Sequence record: SRR31156797_4649
DNA: 30,917 nt
Reading direction: 5' to 3' (one strand)
Shown here piece by piece: positions 28,478-30,917 of this stretch (its first letter is position 1; every line of letters begins with the position of its first letter). A program made the position numbers and the translations under genes. Below the pieces are notes generated by a model that was not told the origin of the DNA, did no database searches, and worked only from the letters and a program-made list of their open reading frames with translations.

Positions 28478-28513
28478 TTTTGTTTAACCAAGAATAAAAT
28501 TAGTTAAACAAAA
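28478..28513. repeat. Perfect 11-bp inverted repeat TTTTGTTTAAC-N14-GTTAAACAAAA
   Basis: Arms at 28478-28488 and 28503-28513, about 45 nt upstream of the liuB start. Confidence 0.8.
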
Positions 28514-28633
28514 ACAATAGATAAAGTTACTAAAAATATCATTTCAAGACTACTGCACGTTTTAGTTTTACACTTTTCTTAAACAATTGCTTTGTTAGGC
28601 TGTATGTTTTTATGAATAGTCAAAACATGAAAT

Positions 28634-28664
28634 TTTGCTTTGGAATAAATATCCCTTAACTTCA
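28634..28664 (+). promoter_or_regulatory. Possible promoter for the otsA-otsB fusion (TTTG-N19-TAACTTCA)
   Basis: -33 TTTG with canonical spacing to an imperfect -7 box, 18 nt before ATG 28683. Confidence 0.4.
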
Positions 28665-28682
28665 TAGAAAATTTAAATAGAC

Positions 28683-30890
28683 ATGAGTAAAACAATTATT
28701 ATATCTAACAGATTACCGCTGCAAATAAGTATCGAAAAAGATATCATCAAAGCCACACCCAGTGTGGGAGGATTAGCCACGGGAATGAAATCTGTTCACA
28801 AATCAGGTGATAGTGTATGGATTGGTTGGTCTGGATTAACCGAAGAAACCATTCCTGATCATTTAAGAACTAAGGTAGACGAAGCTTCAGCAAAAGAAGC
28901 TTGTATCAATGTTCCTCTAACAGAAGAGGATATTGAAGAATACTATTACGGTTTTAGTAACAAAACCATATGGCCCTTATTTCATTATTTTACTGAATTT
29001 GCAGAATATCATAATCACTATTGGGAAAAATATAAAGAAGTCAATCAAAAGTTTGCCGATGTGGTGGCCAAACATATAAAACCCGGTGATAAAGTTTGGG
29101 TTCATGATTACCAACTATTGCTCCTGCCCCAACTCATCAAAGATCAATTTCCGGATGTAGCTATTGGGTTTTTCTTACATATTCCATTCCCGTCTTTCGA
29201 GGTTTTCAGAATTTTACCATGGCGTAATGAATTATTGGAGGGAATGCTTGGAGCCGACCTAATTGGCTTTCACACATACGATTACGAACGTCACTTTTTC
29301 AGTTCTGTGCGTCGATTACTGGGTCATGAATTGAATTTTAATGAGATTTTAGTTAACAACCGAATCATTCGGGCAGACATATTCCCCATGGGAATTGATT
29401 ACGATAAATTTTACAATGCATCGGCAAATCAACAACGCAAATCTGTTACCGACAGAACTCAATTGCAGCAAGAATTAGATAAACACCAATTAGTGAACCG
29501 TGAGGTAAAATTCATCCTTAGTATTGATCGGTTAGATTATACCAAAGGAATTCAAAACAGGCTGCGTGCATTTGAACATTTCCTTGAAAAATATCCTCAA
29601 TATATTGGTAAAGCTACACTTATTATGCTTTGTGTGCCATCTCGCCAAAATGTGGACATGTATCAGCGCATGAAAAGTGAAATTGACGAGTTGGTAGGTC
29701 GAATAAATGGAAATTACAGCACAGTAAACTGGACACCTGTTTGGTATTTTTACAGATCAATGCCTTTTGAAAACCTCATCGATTTGTATTCTTCAAGTGA
29801 TGTGGCATTACTTACGCCTATTAGAGACGGAATGAACCTGGTAGCCAAAGAATACGTGGCTTCACAAATTGACAGCAAAGGAGTGCTTATTTTAAGTGAA
29901 ATGACCGGTGCTGCCAAAGAGATGAGTGAAGCTTTGATTATCAATCCGAATAACATGGATGAAATCGCAGATGTAATTCATGAAGCACTTTCTATGCCTG
30001 ATGAAGAACAAATTCAGCGCATAGAAACCATGCAAAACCGCTTGAAACGTTATAATGTGGAGAAATGGGCTGCAGATTTCTTTGAAGACCTCAACGAAGT
30101 GCAAGAGCTTCAATCACAAAGTAGTACTAAAAAATTGACCAGCAAAGTTATCAAAAAAATTACCGATAAATATCATCAAACTAAAAAACGTATTCTATTT
30201 GTTAATTACGATGGTACATTGGTAGCATTTAAAGAGAATCCGAAACGCGCGGTACCAACCGAAGAAGTAATTGAAATACTAGACAAATTAGCCTCTGATG
30301 AGAAAAACCAAATTGTAATTGTAAGCGGCCGCGATAAATCCACTTTTGACAAATGGTTTAAAGATAAAAACTACTATTTTATTGCAGATTATGGTTCAAC
30401 CACAAAAGCGCCCGGTGAGAACTGGAAAGAAACTGAAGACATTGACACTTCATGGAAAAAACTGATGTTACCAATCATGGAATTTTATGAAGACAGAACA
30501 CCCGGTACTTTTTTAGAAGAGAAAAACTACTCATTAGTTTGGCATTATCGCAAAGCTGATCCCGATTTAGGTCTCGGTAGAGCCAACGAATTGAAAGATC
30601 AGTTAACCAGTCTCATTGCCAATCATGACCTGGAAATTATTGATGCCAATAAGTCCATTGAGATAAAAAACTCAACTACAAGTAAAGGCAAGGTTGTGCA
30701 CCAAATGCTTCAAAATGAAGGTTATGACTTTGTTTTAGGAATAGGTAATGACTGGACCGATGAACAAATGTTCCGTGAAATGCCAGATGATGCCTGCACA
30801 ATTAAAGTTGGAAAAACCAATACAGCTGCAAACTTTAATACAGGCACATATCGGAATGTATTGGATTTTTTGAAGAATATGGTCAATTAA
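28683..30890 (+). CDS. otsA: Fused trehalose-6-phosphate synthase (GT20) / HAD trehalose-phosphatase-like protein
   Basis: SNRLP, GGLATG, WVHDYQL, HIPFP, DRLDYTKG, RDGMNLVAKEY are intact. The C-terminal HAD domain has NYDGTL, VSGR, WHYR, KG and GNDWTDE. Confidence 0.93.
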   Translation: MSKTIIISNRLPLQISIEKDIIKATPSVGGLATGMKSVHKSGDSVWIGWSGLTEETIPDHLRTKVDEASAKEACINVPLTEEDIEEYYYGFSNKTIWPLFHYFTEFAEYHNHYWEKYKEVNQKFADVVAKHIKPGDKVWVHDYQLLLLPQLIKDQFPDVAIGFFLHIPFPSFEVFRILPWRNELLEGMLGADLIGFHTYDYERHFFSSVRRLLGHELNFNEILVNNRIIRADIFPMGIDYDKFYNASANQQRKSVTDRTQLQQELDKHQLVNREVKFILSIDRLDYTKGIQNRLRAFEHFLEKYPQYIGKATLIMLCVPSRQNVDMYQRMKSEIDELVGRINGNYSTVNWTPVWYFYRSMPFENLIDLYSSSDVALLTPIRDGMNLVAKEYVASQIDSKGVLILSEMTGAAKEMSEALIINPNNMDEIADVIHEALSMPDEEQIQRIETMQNRLKRYNVEKWAADFFEDLNEVQELQSQSSTKKLTSKVIKKITDKYHQTKKRILFVNYDGTLVAFKENPKRAVPTEEVIEILDKLASDEKNQIVIVSGRDKSTFDKWFKDKNYYFIADYGSTTKAPGENWKETEDIDTSWKKLMLPIMEFYEDRTPGTFLEEKNYSLVWHYRKADPDLGLGRANELKDQLTSLIANHDLEIIDANKSIEIKNSTTSKGKVVHQMLQNEGYDFVLGIGNDWTDEQMFREMPDDACTIKVGKTNTAANFNTGTYRNVLDFLKNMVN

Positions 30891-30917
30891 ATTTGTCTCA
30901 AGCCGACGGGCTCTTCA

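Noticed and set aside
653-30113. Many 60-135 aa ORFs overlapping the long genes (for example 653-880, 1559-1858, 20618-21025, 29750-29956)
   Set aside because: They are antisense or out-of-frame shadows of well-supported CDSs and carry no recognisable motifs.
30891-30917. Possible terminator after the trehalose gene
   Set aside because: Only a 4-bp stem is visible and the window ends, so it cannot be supported.
1-30917. CRISPR array, IS/transposase, integrase, tRNA/rRNA or phage genes
   Set aside because: I saw no regularly spaced repeats, terminal inverted repeats, recombinase motifs or structured RNA genes. Intergenic gaps are short.

Overview
AT-rich bacterial DNA that looks like Bacteroidota: several TAnnTTTG -7 promoter boxes, mostly no Shine-Dalgarno sites, and a GYDIA-type GHMP kinase. 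I saw no rRNA, tRNA, CRISPR array or mobile element. The window has five blocks. (1) 1-5407 (-): start of a surface-glycan operon with two FdtA/QdtA cupins, a MaoC hydratase, a CitE-like lyase, a NeuD/PglD-like acyltransferase, a DegT aminotransferase, a CapK/PaaK-like ligase and a partial UPF0104 membrane protein. (2) 5585-11914 (+): a clan GH-A lipoprotein, a 50-aa YIGPG membrane peptide missing from the ORF track, two arylsulfotransferase (ASST) paralogues (the first split by a 1-nt loss in an A8 run) and a membrane-anchored PAPS sulfotransferase. This is a candidate trans-membrane sulfate relay. (3) 12051-18465 (-): PAS histidine kinase, stand-alone groES, Trx/Grx fusion, PfpI, ICMT-family protein and a PAS-PP2C phosphatase. 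(4) 18669-28433 (-): an eight-gene operon in which leucine-catabolic liuB-liuC-liuD and an acyl-CoA dehydrogenase run directly into HMG-CoA reductase, two GHMP kinases and diphosphomevalonate decarboxylase. It has no HMG-CoA lyase and no HMG-CoA synthase, which suggests an operon-encoded leucine-to-isoprenoid route. (5) 28683-30890 (+): an OtsA-OtsB fusion whose phosphatase domain has Asn at two catalytic Asp positions. All functional calls come from motif recognition by eye; no database search was run.
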